From Octopus bimaculoides (lineage: Eukaryota), in assembly GCF_001194135.2 (NCBI RefSeq), contig NC_068999.1:33913978-33966773 (forward strand): a DNA stretch of 52,796 nucleotides. Direction: 5' to 3'. The position numbers were made by a program, and so were the translations under genes. This document shows, piece by piece, positions 35,480 to 48,207 of this stretch. The notes below the pieces were generated by a model. The model was not told the origin of the DNA. It saw only the letters and a list, made by a program, of their open reading frames with translations, and did not search any database. Position 1 is the stretch's first letter, and each line of letters begins with the position of its first letter.

Positions 35480-36386
35480 CACATATATACGTAAATGAAG
35501 TAGACAGACATGCTTAGACTTACGAAGAGGTTTTGCAAGCTCTTCTGAATCCATTGCAATGCTGGAAGCCCTCTCATATCGCCAGCAGTTGTTTCAGGGT
35601 CACATGTGTTTTGTCCCTTAGCCTGTACTCTTGGCTTGAGTGGGGAAGCAACGGCTGAGCTAGTCTTCACCTAGCGAACGTTTCCACTAGCATCTCCCAG
35701 TCTGAGGCTGAACACAAAATACACAAAATGGGTCCCTTATCGCTGTTTTCGCGTTGGAAGCTTTGCCATTTTCCTCTTGGAATTTGACACCCTTTGGTGG
35801 TGGTGACTGGTGTTTTAGAGCCTTCACCCACTGTACACCAGTCCACTTGGCAATTTCTGCAAGAACCTTGACACGTCTCCACTTGTATCGGCCTTCTTTC
35901 AGGTCTGTGAGGCATCCGGTCAAAATGTGGTGGAGGGTGCACTGCTTGCAGGATTGCTCTTTTCTTTTACCCTATATTTGAACATTGCGATTGACAAGAG
36001 GTCAGTGACTGCATGAAGGAGGGTGAGCAATCCTCCCTGGTCAAGGCACCAGAGTTTCTTCCAGGAGCTTTGACGCACTGCCCCACTGCATCCATTTGCC
36101 CTGGTACACACCGCACTGCCGTCAACCGGCGATCCACCTCAGTTGAATCACGGATGATTTGCACTATGAGTTCTCTCCTGCCTCCGGCATTGGTGTTTTC
36201 CACTTTTCAATGCTGTAACTGCCAAGTCCTCACCGGACTTGACAGACAACTCCAACAATCTCCTGCAGTTTCCGGTATGTGTCTGCGCCCTTCACAGCTC
36301 TCTGAGCTTTCCATTTACTGTTACACTTTATGAGTTTGCTGATGTGTTTGACTTATTCATCCTCAGACGGAAGCAATGTGGTTACT
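35480..36386 (-). mobile_element. HERO/NeSL-like RLE non-LTR retrotransposon relic (post-RT region, zinc knuckle, degenerate nuclease)
   Basis: SKWKAQRAV…LQEIVG…GLG, SWKKLWCLDQGGLLTLLHAVTDLL, CKQCTLHHILTGCLTDLKEGRYKWRRVKVLAEIA (compare HILSxC…GRYxWRHD.VL..IA) and a G.RG-like motif near the end. Confidence 0.75.
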
Positions 36387-37168
36387 NNNNNNNNNNNNNN
36401 NNNNNNNNNNNNNNNNNNNNNNNNNNNNNNNNNNNNNNNNNNNNNNNNNNNNNNNNNNNNNNNNNNNNNNNNNNNNNNNNNNNNNNNNNNNNNNNNNNNN
36501 NNNNNNNNNNNNNNNNNNNNNNNNNNNNNNNNNNNNNNNNNNNNNNNNNNNNNNNNNNNNNNNNNNNNNNNNNNNNNNNNNNNNNNNNNNNNNNNNNNNN
36601 NNNNNNNNNNNNNNNNNNNNNNNNNNNNNNNNNNNNNNNNNNNNNNNNNNNNNNNNNNNNNNNNNNNNNNNNNNNNNNNNNNNNNNNNNNNNNNNNNNNN
36701 NNNNNNNNNNNNNNNNNNNNNNNNNNNNNNNNNNNNNNNNNNNNNNNNNNNNNNNNNNNNNNNNNNNNNNNNNNNNNNNNNNNNNNNNNNNNNNNNNNNN
36801 NNNNNNNNNNNNNNNNNNNNNNNNNNNNNNNNNNNNNNNNNNNNNNNNNNNNNNNNNNNNNNNNNNNNNNNNNNNNNNNNNNNNNNNNNNNNNNNNNNNN
36901 NNNNNNNNNNNNNNNNNNNNNNNNNNNNNNNNNNNNNNNNNNNNNNNNNNNNNNNNNNNNNNNNNNNNNNNNNNNNNNNNNNNNNNNNNNNNNNNNNNNN
37001 NNNNNNNNNNNNNNNNNNNNNNNNNNNNNNNNNNNNNNNNNNNNNNNNNNNNNNNNNNNNNNNNNNNNNNNNNNNNNNNNNNNNNNNNNNNNNNNNNNNN
37101 NNNNNNNNNNNNNNNNNNNNNNNNNNNNNNNNNNNNNNNNNNNNNNNNNNNNNNNNNNNNNNNNNNNN

Positions 37169-37211
<43 letters not shown>

Positions 37212-37284
37212 ATACAATACATATATACATACATACATACATACATACATACATAAGCGTGCGTGTGTGTGTGTGTGTCTGTGT

Positions 37285-37500
37285 GTGTGTGTGTTTGTGC
37301 CTGTGTTTCTCCACTCGTCATCGCTTGACAACCGATGTTGATATGTTATGTCCTGATAACTTAGGTGTTCGTCAAAAAAGATCGATAGAATAAGTCCTGG
37401 GTTTACAAAGAATAAGCCCTGGGGTCGATTTTTTCGACTCAAACCCTTTAAGCTAGTGCTACAGCATGGCTGCAGTCACATGACTGAAACATAAAAGAAT
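37285..37500 (+). mobile_element. SINE family B, 3' half
   Basis: catcgcttgacaaccgatgttg…aacttagg…gatagaataag…ctggggtcgattt…cagcatggctgcagtcacatgactgaaac. Confidence 0.85.
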
Positions 37501-37524
37501 AGACAGACAGACAGACAGACAGAC

Positions 37525-37561
<37 letters not shown>

Positions 37562-37957
37562 TATAGATAGATAGATGCATGCATGCATGCATACATACAT
37601 ACATACATACTAAATGCATATCTGAGAGTGTTTCCCTTGTATAAGGTTTAAGATGCTTGGATTGAGCTCACGAGAGCCAAAGGTGATTTGGAGAACGTAA
37701 ACTTGAGACTGTCGTTTCTGCATGTGTCACTCGCACAATTTTTAAAAGATGAAATACGAAGGTAAACGCTTTCTTCGAAACTACCGGGAAATATTTTAGA
37801 TAAATTAAGAGAAGACAGGTCCAGATTTATCCTGCTGAAGGGCCAGAAACATAGAACTCAGAGTACTGAAAGCTACGGTCCTTTCTCGAATAATATAATA
37901 ATGAATACTCTTCGCTTATGCATTGTATCCTGTAATTTATCGTTTTACGGCGAATCG

Positions 37958-37992
<35 letters not shown>

Positions 37993-39444
37993 NNNNNNNN
38001 NNNNNNNNNNNNNNNNNNNNNNNNNNNNNNNNNNNNNNNNNNNNNNNNNNNNNNNNNNNNNNNNNNNNNNNNNNNNNNNNNNNNNNNNNNNNNNNNNNNN
38101 NNNNNNNNNNNNNNNNNNNNNNNNNNNNNNNNNNNNNNNNNNNNNNNNNNNNNNNNNNNNNNNNNNNNNNNNNNNNNNNNNNNNNNNNNNNNNNNNNNNN
38201 NNNNNNNNNNNNNNNNNNNNNNNNNNNNNNNNNNNNNNNNNNNNNNNNNNNNNNNNNNNNNNNNNNNNNNNNNNNNNNNNNNNNNNNNNNNNNNNNNNNN
38301 NNNNNNNNNNNNNNNNNNNNNNNNNNNNNNNNNNNNNNNNNNNNNNNNNNNNNNNNNNNNNNNNNNNNNNNNNNNNNNNNNNNNNNNNNNNNNNNNNNNN
38401 NNNNNNNNNNNNNNNNNNNNNNNNNNNNNNNNNNNNNNNNNNNNNNNNNNNNNNNNNNNNNNNNNNNNNNNNNNNNNNNNNNNNNNNNNNNNNNNNNNNN
38501 NNNNNNNNNNNNNNNNNNNNNNNNNNNNNNNNNNNNNNNNNNNNNNNNNNNNNNNNNNNNNNNNNNNNNNNNNNNNNNNNNNNNNNNNNNNNNNNNNNNN
38601 NNNNNNNNNNNNNNNNNNNNNNNNNNNNNNNNNNNNNNNNNNNNNNNNNNNNNNNNNNNNNNNNNNNNNNNNNNNNNNNNNNNNNNNNNNNNNNNNNNNN
38701 NNNNNNNNNNNNNNNNNNNNNNNNNNNNNNNNNNNNATATATATATATATATATTTATATATGAATATTCATGTAATGGCATAGGCAGTCTGAACCTCCT
38801 ACCAATGACAGTGGAGCCTATGTTCAGCCCATGCTATAATTTCTGGGGTCGTTTCCAAAACACAAACGTCCTTCTGGAATTATCTATTGAAAATATTTTC
38901 GCAAGTGGTCGACCGGAAATAAACACACATCTCACCGTAGGAAAACAACTTGCCTCTCATTTAAAGCTATTAGCATCATCCCGCAAGTCCACGCACTGTA
39001 TATCTGTGTCTCTATATGTTCATATATGTACATATGCTTGTATATATCTATAGCTAAACGTGTGTGTGTGCGCGCATGTGTGCGTGTGTGTGGGAGTGTG
39101 TGTGTGTGTGTGCGTGTGTGCGTGCGTGTGTGCGTGTGTGTGAGTGTGTGTGAGTGTGTGTGCATTAGAGGATAACTTAGCTTTGAACTGTTTTGAACAC
39201 TCCCAAAAGGGGATGCCTATACATGCATACATACATACATACATAGTATATACATACATACATACATACATGCATACACACACAATTAACAGATCATAAA
39301 TTTATTCATATGCTTATCTGTATATGTGTGTATTTATAGATATATGTGTGTGTACGTGCGTGTATGTATATATATATATGTTCGTGTGAGTGTATGTACA
39401 TGAGTATATATGTATAAATATATATATATATATATATATGTGTA

Positions 39445-39476
<32 letters not shown>

Positions 39477-39945
39477 NNNNNNNNNNTACACATATATAAA
39501 TATATACATATATATGCATAAGTGTATATATATATATATATATGAATATATGTGTGTATGTGTGTGCGAATGTATAAATATACACGTACATGCATCCATC
39601 TGGCGGTACTGTGCCTACATAAAAGCTTGCGTCGGAACCACGTGACCCCATATTTGATCTTAGTTCGAGGCATCTTGGACAAGTGCCCCTTATCACATCT
39701 CCTGATCGGTCTAACCATGCCAGTAGAAGTGACCAACTAGTGGTCGTGTATTAGGTTGCGTCTGCAATTCGAAGGTCCAGCTTCGTCACACTGTGTCGCG
39801 CTGGCTCCACCTGTGGGAGTTACGTTTGTTTGTGTAAGGTGCCACTTTCATGTTTATTCAATGAGCAGGTAGTTTAGTTTGGCCGACCGAATAACTGGAA
39901 ACTTCTCGTCGAAACCGACGAAGATCCATCATCATCATCATCACC

Positions 39946-39976
<31 letters not shown>

Positions 39977-40018
39977 CCATCATCATCATCATCGTCGTCG
40001 TCGTCGTCGTCGTCATCG

Positions 40019-40077
<59 letters not shown>

Positions 40078-40533
40078 GTTATCATCATCAATATTGTTGT
40101 TGTATACATACACCCTCTCTCTCTCACACACACATACACATTTACGTATAAACTTATCTTCTGTTGCACTGCGTGAACTGATAATGGGTTTCGCAGAACC
40201 ACCCACGCATAAAATAACAACATCCCCAGTTGTTCGTCTGTCTGTCTGTCTCTAAATATTTCTCTTGCTCTCTCTTTCTTTCTCTCTTTCTCTCTCTTTC
40301 TCTCTCTCTCTCTCTCTTTCTCTTTCTTTCTGTTCCGCTCGCTCCTTCTGTCTCTCTTCCTTCTTTAACCCTCCTTCCTTTCTCCCTAACACCCTCCTCG
40401 ATTCTCCATATCTTTAATATAAACCATTAACCAACCTATATGTGTGTATGTATGTATGTATGTATGTATGTATATTTTTGACCCCAGTCAGAAGATAAAC
40501 TGTTTTTACTTCAAATTTTTATGAATTCTTCTT

Positions 40534-40576
40534 AATATTTGATAAGATGAGATTCATCATCGAAACCGGTAATATT
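40534..40576 (+). ncRNA. Minimal Penelope-type hammerhead ribozyme relic (core mutated)
   Basis: AATAT-TTGATAA-GAT[gagattcatc]ATC-GAAAC-cg-GTA-ATATT. Stem I is perfect, stem III is palindromic (ACCGGT) and the site is GTA. The core differs from CTGATGA by two transitions. Confidence 0.5.
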
Positions 40577-40706
40577 TTCTTTATATAATATTTAAAATCA
40601 TTTTTATTAAATTCCTTCTTAAATTGAAATAACTTAGATTTACTTCTGTGCTATTTCCACCTCCATCTTTTATATAGATACATACATACATACATACATA
40701 CATACA

Positions 40707-41022
40707 TGATGGCCGTCCACTCGTGACCGAGGAAGACCATTGCCAACCTTCAGGAACATTGGGCGCTCTATGACTAACTTATATTTTGCATTTGCGGCTC
40801 CGTTGGTGGCTAATGAGCCCTGCTCTTGACAAGCATACACGACTGCAAACATTGCAGATTAAGCTTTCCCCATTCACTATATGAGTCGTGCGCTTTCGCG
40901 CAGCTCGCTTAAGTTCTTCATGCTGGATACATGCTCTCTCAAAAGTGTCGATCCCATCCTTAACCTGCTTCCTCCATCCGTGGCGATGACAGGCATTGTT
41001 CTCCCAGTCAGTGTTCTGCATA
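40707..41022 (-). mobile_element. RTE-clade LINE 3' end (5'-truncated), embedded in (TACA)n
   Basis: DWENNAC.R.GWRKQVKDGIDTFE…CNVCSRVCLSRAGLISHQRS is the typical RTE terminal C2H2-like finger. It is followed by a short 3' UTR GGTCTTCCTCGG…GGACGGCCATCAT and a (GTAT)n tail. Confidence 0.85.
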
Positions 41023-41094
41023 TCACATACATACATACATACATACACAAACGCGCACACTCACACAAGAACACACACACACACGCACGCACAT

Positions 41095-41127
<33 letters not shown>

Positions 41128-41687
41128 CACACACGCATACATATATATAAAATACAAAATGTGACAAGAACGCAAAACATCCAGACAGGCAGGTGATACA
41201 AAAAAGGGACAACAAAACATCCAGATAGATGATACAAAGAAAACAAGGTGTTATCTTTCCTCAGTCGAGTTCCAGATTATCTTTGCAATTTCGGCTGGTT
41301 ATAGTTGAGATTGCTCCAATCTGACCAGCCCCATGGAAAAACTAGATTCCTTGAAAAAGCAGCGAATGTATACGAAAACAAGAACGGAAAAAAAAACGGA
41401 GAATGTTGCACAAATACAAATAACAGGACATAACAACAGGTGTCTTTCGACTAAGGACGAATTAAATTAAGCTGGCGTGTGTGGAAATAAAGCCTTACGG
41501 CAGGGATAAAGGATTTCACAGGCACAGGGAGGAATATTGATGTTGCACGGACGACGACCGAACCAAGAAAGAATGATCAGGCTTGGCCGAACACCGGTCA
41601 CGTGGGGAGAGAAGAGAGAGAGAGGTAGAGGCAGAGGGACAGAAGAATTAAGGAGGGTCGAGAAAAAAATAACAGGGACACAGTGAA

Positions 41688-41721
<34 letters not shown>

Positions 41722-42519
41722 CAAATAACGGATTTACCTGAGAATGAACTGAAGTTTGTAATTGTGAAATTTTTTCGCCATGAACGGTTTGTGTTTTTAA
41801 ACGGAATGTATTTTTTCTGATGTTATATCTGTTCCTGAATGATGTGTAAAGAAATTTTGATTNNNNNNNNNNNNNNNNNNNNNNNNNNNNNNNNNNNNNN
41901 NNNNNNNNNNNNNNNNNNNNNNNNNNNNNNNNNNNNNNNNNNNNNNNNNNNNNNNNNNNNNNNNNNNNNGAGGTGATGTACAGGTATTATATATTAGAAA
42001 AAACAAGGTACTCAGAGATCTGGATGGTTGTACATTTACAGATTTTTATTAATATGTCACATGTTTTTATAAACCATCTATTAGCGCTTGCATCTATTCT
42101 AGTAGATGTCACATGTTTTTGTAAATCATATATTAGCGCTTACATCTATTCTAGTATAATCTCCAGTTTATAATGTGGGATGTATTTCTGCCGCACTCTG
42201 TATATGTGAATGAGTTCGTTTTCTGTTTTCTTTTCTCATTGTGTTTAACGTTTTTTTGTGATGTCATGTACCCATATTTGCATGTATGTATACATATAGA
42301 TGCAGGTATGTACTTATATGTATGGATATATGCATATATTGACCAGTACCAGACGCAAACATTTCAGTTATCGGTGAATTTTGACGATTTCGTGGTAGCA
42401 CTTCCCTGTTGTGAGTATCACGTCAGGATAACCAGACTTACAAGCAGATAGTTCTATTTGCTGATCACCAAAGAATGACCATAATCATTTTGAGGTATTA
42501 TTAATTGGAAAAATATATT

Positions 42520-42760
42520 TAATGCTTCATCTTGGTTTAGCAAAGTCGGTTGTTGTCTAGAATTCATTCATCTCAAAGCGACCAAGAAATGGATCATGCA
42601 CTTTTGTTTTTCCAATTCGTATGAAATTCATGTTTTTGAGGTTTTCTGACTTTTCAATATTAAGCAAATGTCAAGCAACGGTTGAATGGATAACGTTAAA
42701 TTCTTGTACAATCACTCGAGTTATTTTTCATGGATTTCCTTGGATAATGACCATCGTTGA
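42520..42760 (-). mobile_element. Highly degenerate mariner transposase fragment
   Basis: The minus frame reads QEFNVIHSTVA*HLLNIEKSENL and PFLGRFEM…ILDNN, resembling the mariner second HTH and the region around the first D. Confidence 0.4.
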
Positions 42761-43039
42761 AGGTCGTTTGTTGAGGGTTGTTCACAAAATTCTCGGGGAA
42801 TGAGACCACTGGGTGCAGCGGTTTGGATACTGGGGATATGGCACAGCTTGTTTTCGCGAGTACTTTTGGACGCTGGTGTGCAAAACGCACACTAATACGC
42901 GCGCGTGCACGAAAATATACACATACACATACAGAGTGAGAGAGAAAGTGAGAAAGAGTAAAAAGGGGAAGACAGAGACATATTACAACTCATTGAGTGA
43001 ATATGATTGCCAAACACTTAAAGATGAATATGCTCGCAT

Positions 43040-43129
<90 letters not shown>

Positions 43130-43150
43130 AAGAAAAATGAAAGAACGAAA

Positions 43151-43200
<50 letters not shown>

Positions 43201-44172
43201 GAGGTGGGGGTAACATTAAGACATCTGATGTCAAATAAGTCAGCATCAAATCTGTGCCATTGAATAGACGTCTCAAAAATATCTCCATAGCCTCATCAGC
43301 AAATGTACAGCACAATACATGTGCCAAACTTTTTATAGGTGAGGCAAAAGCCTTGAAGATGTAGAGAGACGGTAGTCTTGAAAATAAGGAGAGCTTTGAA
43401 GACGAAGAGAGACAAGAGCGTTGAAGATCAGGAACGTGGATATGAAACGTTCGAGTACAGCTGTTGTTGATTTTTTAAGCTGTTCCCTATTTTTTGGTAG
43501 GGTGCCACTTTGAACTCACACAATAAAAATCATTCGAATTTGAATGTTTCCACATTTAATTTGAAAGCCTGAAATTAACAAAATGTAATGAGTGATATTA
43601 GAACCATTACACATACCAATTGATTAAGATCTAAGATACTATATAACCCTATAAAAGTTTATTCCCCGACTAAGAAAAGGTATTTTGCAACGCGAATATT
43701 CTATGTTGCAGGAAAATAGTGACAATACATATATGTGAATATGCATATTTATACATTTGAATAAACTAGAGATCAATACAGTTTATTCGAGTAGAAAATT
43801 AGGTTTCTGTATCAAGGTTTTATTTTGACAATGGTTTTGTTTCTCTTTCGGAAACGGACAGGCAGACTGAACTCGTATTGATTATATTTGAAATACCGTT
43901 ATATGCTCTGTATACAAATACCTGTCAGTCTAATTACTCTGATGCCTTCCTGACCACTATGTATGTACGTAAGTATGTACGTAAGTATGTATGTATGTAT
44001 GTATGTATGTATGTATGTATGTATGTATGTATGTATGTATGTATGTATGTATATATGCCTGCATGTATGTATGTATGCATGTATGCATGTATGCATGTAT
44101 TATATATGCATGCATGTATGTTTGTTTGCATGTCTGTATGTATGCGTGGGAGAGTGTGTGTACATGCACACA

Positions 44173-44217
<45 letters not shown>

Positions 44218-44362
44218 GTATATATATATATATATACATATATGGCAAATGAAAGACGGAAGATGGAATATACGAGAATTTATTATTAATCACGGCAATT
44301 CTTTCGACACATCTAGCATCGATTCCTCATGGGTAGGACACTCAACAGCTGTATGTATGTGA

Positions 44363-44406
<44 letters not shown>

Positions 44407-44522
44407 GTATATATATATATGTATATATATATATAATTTTTAATTAATAGAAAGATACAAAAGTGACTCTGGGATCACAAGTTTCGAGTATAATACACAC
44501 GCGTATGCACATATATGCACAC

Positions 44523-44567
<45 letters not shown>

Positions 44568-44635
44568 CACTATGCATAAGTACACAGACAAACAGACACA
44601 TACACACACGCATACACACATATACACACAATCTC

Positions 44636-44760
44636 GCTCACTCACTCCTCTACTCACTCACTCACTCACTCACTCACTCACTCACTACTCACTCACTCAC
44701 TAACTCACTCACTCACTCACTCACTCATTCACTAACTCACTCACTCACTCACTCACTCAC
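44636..44760. repeat. (CTCA)n tetranucleotide microsatellite
   Basis: Directly visible. Confidence 0.95.
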
Positions 44761-45194
44761 ACATACACACATACGTGTAATTTGTATTTCTTCTATTGCA
44801 ACATATAGGCATTTTCTAAATATACTACATAAAGAAATGTTACCGCTGCACGATCAATTTCGTGGTTTCGACAAATAAAATTAATAATAGAAACCCTATT
44901 CATAGTTATTTATAGATATATTACATACAAATATTTCATTTTCCTCATTCACAGAAGATTTCTGTTTCTTCTACATAGAATTGTAACATCGCTTCTTATT
45001 ATGCCTTCTGAGAGTCATTCCAAAGCTGCAATCTATCGCACTGAACTCTCGCTTTGTGAAGATTAGCTCCAAATTACTTTAAAATTCAGAAAAATAATAT
45101 AACATGGTGGTAATAATTAGGGATCTTATCATAAAACATGGATCCTCTTTTCTTTTCCTTTTCTTTAACTGAGAGAAAAAAGAAAACTTTTCAA

Positions 45195-45357
45195 GCGCAG
45201 GCGTAGCCGTGTGTTAATAGGCTTGCTTCTGCACCACATAGTTCCGGGTTCAGTCCCACTGCGTGGCACCTTCGGCAAGAGTCTTCTACTATAGCCTCAG
45301 GTCAGCCAAAGACTTATGAGTGGATTTGGCAGACGGAAACTGAAAGGAGCTCGTCGT
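45195..45357 (+). mobile_element. SINE family B, 5' half, running into (TA)n and a gap
   Basis: gcgcaggcgtagccgtgtg…gcttgcttc…gttccgggttcagtcccactgcgtggcaccttcggcaagagtcttctactatagcctc…gagtggatttggcagacggaaactgaaag. Confidence 0.9.
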
Positions 45358-45671
45358 ATATATATATATATNNNNNNNNNNNNNNNNNNNNNNNNNNNNN
45401 NNNNNNNNNNNNNNNNNNNNNNNNNNNNNNNNNNNNNNNNNNNNNNNNNNNNNNNNNNNNNNNNNNNNNNNNNNNNNNNNNNNNNNNNNNNNNNNNNNNN
45501 NNNNNNNNNNNNNNNNNNNNNNNNNNNNNNNNNNNNNNNNNNNNNNNNNNNNNNNNNNNNNNNNNNNTATAGATTTAATCAAAAGATTAAATTTGGTACT
45601 TAAAATGTTTGAGACACCAGAATTTGGTAGGGTAAAAACCAAATACAAAATCAAGAGATTTGGTGAATAAA

Positions 45672-45887
45672 ATTTGAAGTTAAGCAACAAAAATTCAATA
45701 GGTTATAGCAGTACGCACGTTTCGTACAAGCTCCATTTATTCATGTAGTGAGAACACCACATAGAATTTACAATGAAAATGTACATTAAAATTCTATGTG
45801 CTGTTCTCAGTACATGAATAAATGGAGCTTGTACAAAACGTACGTACTGCTATAAACCTATTGAATTTTTGTTGCTTATCTTCAAAT
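45672..45887. mobile_element. 216-bp foldback palindrome (MITE-like)
   Basis: Arms of about 98 bp (atttgaagttaagcaacaaaaattcaataggttatagcagtacg…cacatagaattt and aaattctatgtg…cgtactgctataaacctattgaatttttgttgcttatcttcaaat) with only scattered mismatches. Confidence 0.8.
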
Positions 45888-45905
45888 ATATATATATATA
45901 TATAT

Positions 45906-47440
45906 ATTAGCTGTTGTTTTCCGTGTTGAAGTTAAGCCCACCTCTGATCTTGTATTGAAATCTACGTTCCCCGTGCCAACTATTACTCATTAGAATGTTA
46001 CATCTGGTTCGGCAGGGATTTTACCCGGTTAACGATTTCGACATACTCCTACATAACTGGACTGTCTGAAATCGCAGTCGAATTTTTTAGTGTACCTCGA
46101 CCCGTTGAGAGTAATGTTTGTTTATTTCTCTCCCCTTAATACCACCCTGTACAAAATTGATCAGCGTGTCCAATCACAGCAAAATCTGAAGAAAAGTGTT
46201 AAGGTCATGTCATAAAATAGAATCCAAGTGACCATTTACATGAAAATATCCCACTGACTTTTAGACCCCAGTACGTTATGAATAATCGATGTTTCATATG
46301 TCAAAGTGCTTAATTTTCCTCATGGGTCAATTTTCTTCAAAATCAGTTCATATTCTTATTGTGAGTGAATTTTGACGATTTCTACCTTTTATCAGTTTAA
46401 TTTTAATTCTGCTACATGGCTCCGACCATAAACTACCTAAATGTCAAATTTCATCAAAATCGGATGAATTCTGTAAAAGTTACAGCATAAAATATTAATC
46501 CTATGGGTAATTGCATACAAAAAGCCTATTTATTTCTTAAAATCCTCCACTCACGTGCAATTATCGATTTTTTGACAACTCTTCATGCAGGCATCAACTA
46601 ATGGACATGAGCTATAATCTACAAAATCGATAAGAATATCTCTAAGGAAATGCTTGTTTGCATTTGTGCCCTTTTCAAGCCCTTTTGAATTAAACAAACA
46701 CATTTACCGNNNNNNNNNNNNNNNNNNNNNNNNNNNNNNNNNNNNNNNNNNNNNNNNNNNNNNNNNNNNNNNNNNNNNNNNNNNNNNNNNNNNNNNNNNN
46801 NNNNNNNNNNNNNNNNNNNNNNNNNNNNNNNNNNNNNNNNNNNNNNNNNNNNNNNNNNNNNNNNNNNNNNNNNNNNNNNNNNNNNNNNNNNNNNNNNNNN
46901 NNNNNNNNNNNNNNNNNNNNNNNNNNNNNNNNNNNNNNNNNNNNNNNNNNNNNNNNNNNNNNNNNNNNNNNNNNNNNNNNNNNNNNNNNNNNNNNNNNNN
47001 NNNNNNNNNNNNNNNNNNNNNNNNNNNNNNNNNNNNNNNNNNNNNNNNNNNNNNNNNNNNNNNNNNNNNNNNNNNNNNNNNNNNNNNNNNNNNNNNNNNN
47101 NNNNNNNNNNNNNNNNNNNNNNNNNNNNNNNNNNNNNNNNNNNNNNNNNNNNNNNNNNNNNNNNNNNNNNNNNNNNNNNNNNNNNNNNNNNNNNNNNNNN
47201 NNNNNNNNNNNNNNNNNNNNNNNNNNNNNNNNNNNNNNNNNNNNNNNNNNNNNNNNNNNNNNNNNNNNNNNNNNNNNNNNNNNNNNNNNNNNNNNNNNNN
47301 NNNNNNNNNNNNNNNNNNNNNAATTTCGGCCTTATTTAAACTTCAGGTTATGTGATCTATCTATGTACTAAAAATCATTAAAATCGGTTGGACGGTGTGG
47401 AGTAGTTAGAGTAACCCATAACACATATGCAGACACACAC
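45906..47440 (-). mobile_element. Possible non-autonomous Helitron-like / AT-rich DNA element relic spanning a gap
   Basis: Ends a(t)TAGCTGTTG like a reversed CTAG terminus, carries caaatttcatcaaaatcgg and ctatgtactaaaaatcattaaaatcggttg motifs, and has a CA microsatellite at the far end. No coding sequence. Confidence 0.3.
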
Positions 47441-47457
47441 CATTACACATTTATGTA

Positions 47458-47497
<40 letters not shown>

Positions 47498-47744
47498 ATC
47501 CAAAAGAACGAAAACACAAGAAAAAGAAAACAACGTGAGGACGTGGTACATGCAAAGTATTAAAAGACGCTCAGGAATGGAAAGAAAGGGTGTTTTACGT
47601 TTCGAGCAAAGCTCTTCTTCAGAAACAGGAGACAGAGCAAAGTCCAAGTGAAAAGGAAGACGGTAGAAAAAATCGGCAACAATCCACATGTAGTTATATA
47701 TACATATATAAATAGATATGTGTGTGTGTATGTGTGTGTGTGTG

Positions 47745-47945
47745 CGTGTGTGTTTGTGTCGATGTTTGACCCAACCATCGCTTGACAACCGGTGTGGGTG
47801 TGTTTACGTCTCTGTAACTTAGCAAATAAGTACCAGGCTTTAAAAAAATAAGAATTGGGGTCAATTAATTCGACTAAAAAAATTCTTCAAGGTGGTGCCC
47901 CAGCATGACCGCAGTGTAATGACTGAAACAAATAAAAAAAGAAAG
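47745..47945 (+). mobile_element. SINE family B, 3' half
   Basis: ccatcgcttgacaaccggtgt…gtgtttacgtc…taacttagc…ataagtaccaggct…tggggtcaatt…ttcgactaa…ggtggtgccccagcatgaccgcagt…atgactgaaac. Confidence 0.85.
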
Positions 47946-47989
47946 ATAAAACTTAAAAACTAAAGAAAAAAGTGATTTTCTCCCTTCCT

Positions 47990-48128
47990 TGGTCTCTCTC
48001 TCCCCATTCTCTCCACTCTCTCTCTCCCCACTCTCTCTCTCCCCACTCTCTCTCTCACTCCCCACTCTCTATCTCTCCCCACTCTCTCTCTCTCCCCACT
48101 ATCTCTCTCCCCACTCTCTCTCTCCCCA

Positions 48129-48205
<77 letters not shown>
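47990..48205. repeat. Polypyrimidine tract: (CT)nCCCCA units grading into (CT)n
   Basis: About 9 ctctctctcccca-like units followed by pure (CT)n. Confidence 0.9.

Positions 48206-48207
<2 letters not shown>

Noticed and set aside
37760-37870. CTGAAGG…GAAAC as another hammerhead
   Set aside because: The core is non-canonical and stems I-III cannot be formed. The same applies to weak matches near 6620, 9155 and 43420.
39590-39900. GC-richer island with ORF 39314..39736
   Set aside because: No recognisable domain or splice-bounded frame; it may be an unclassified repeat fragment.
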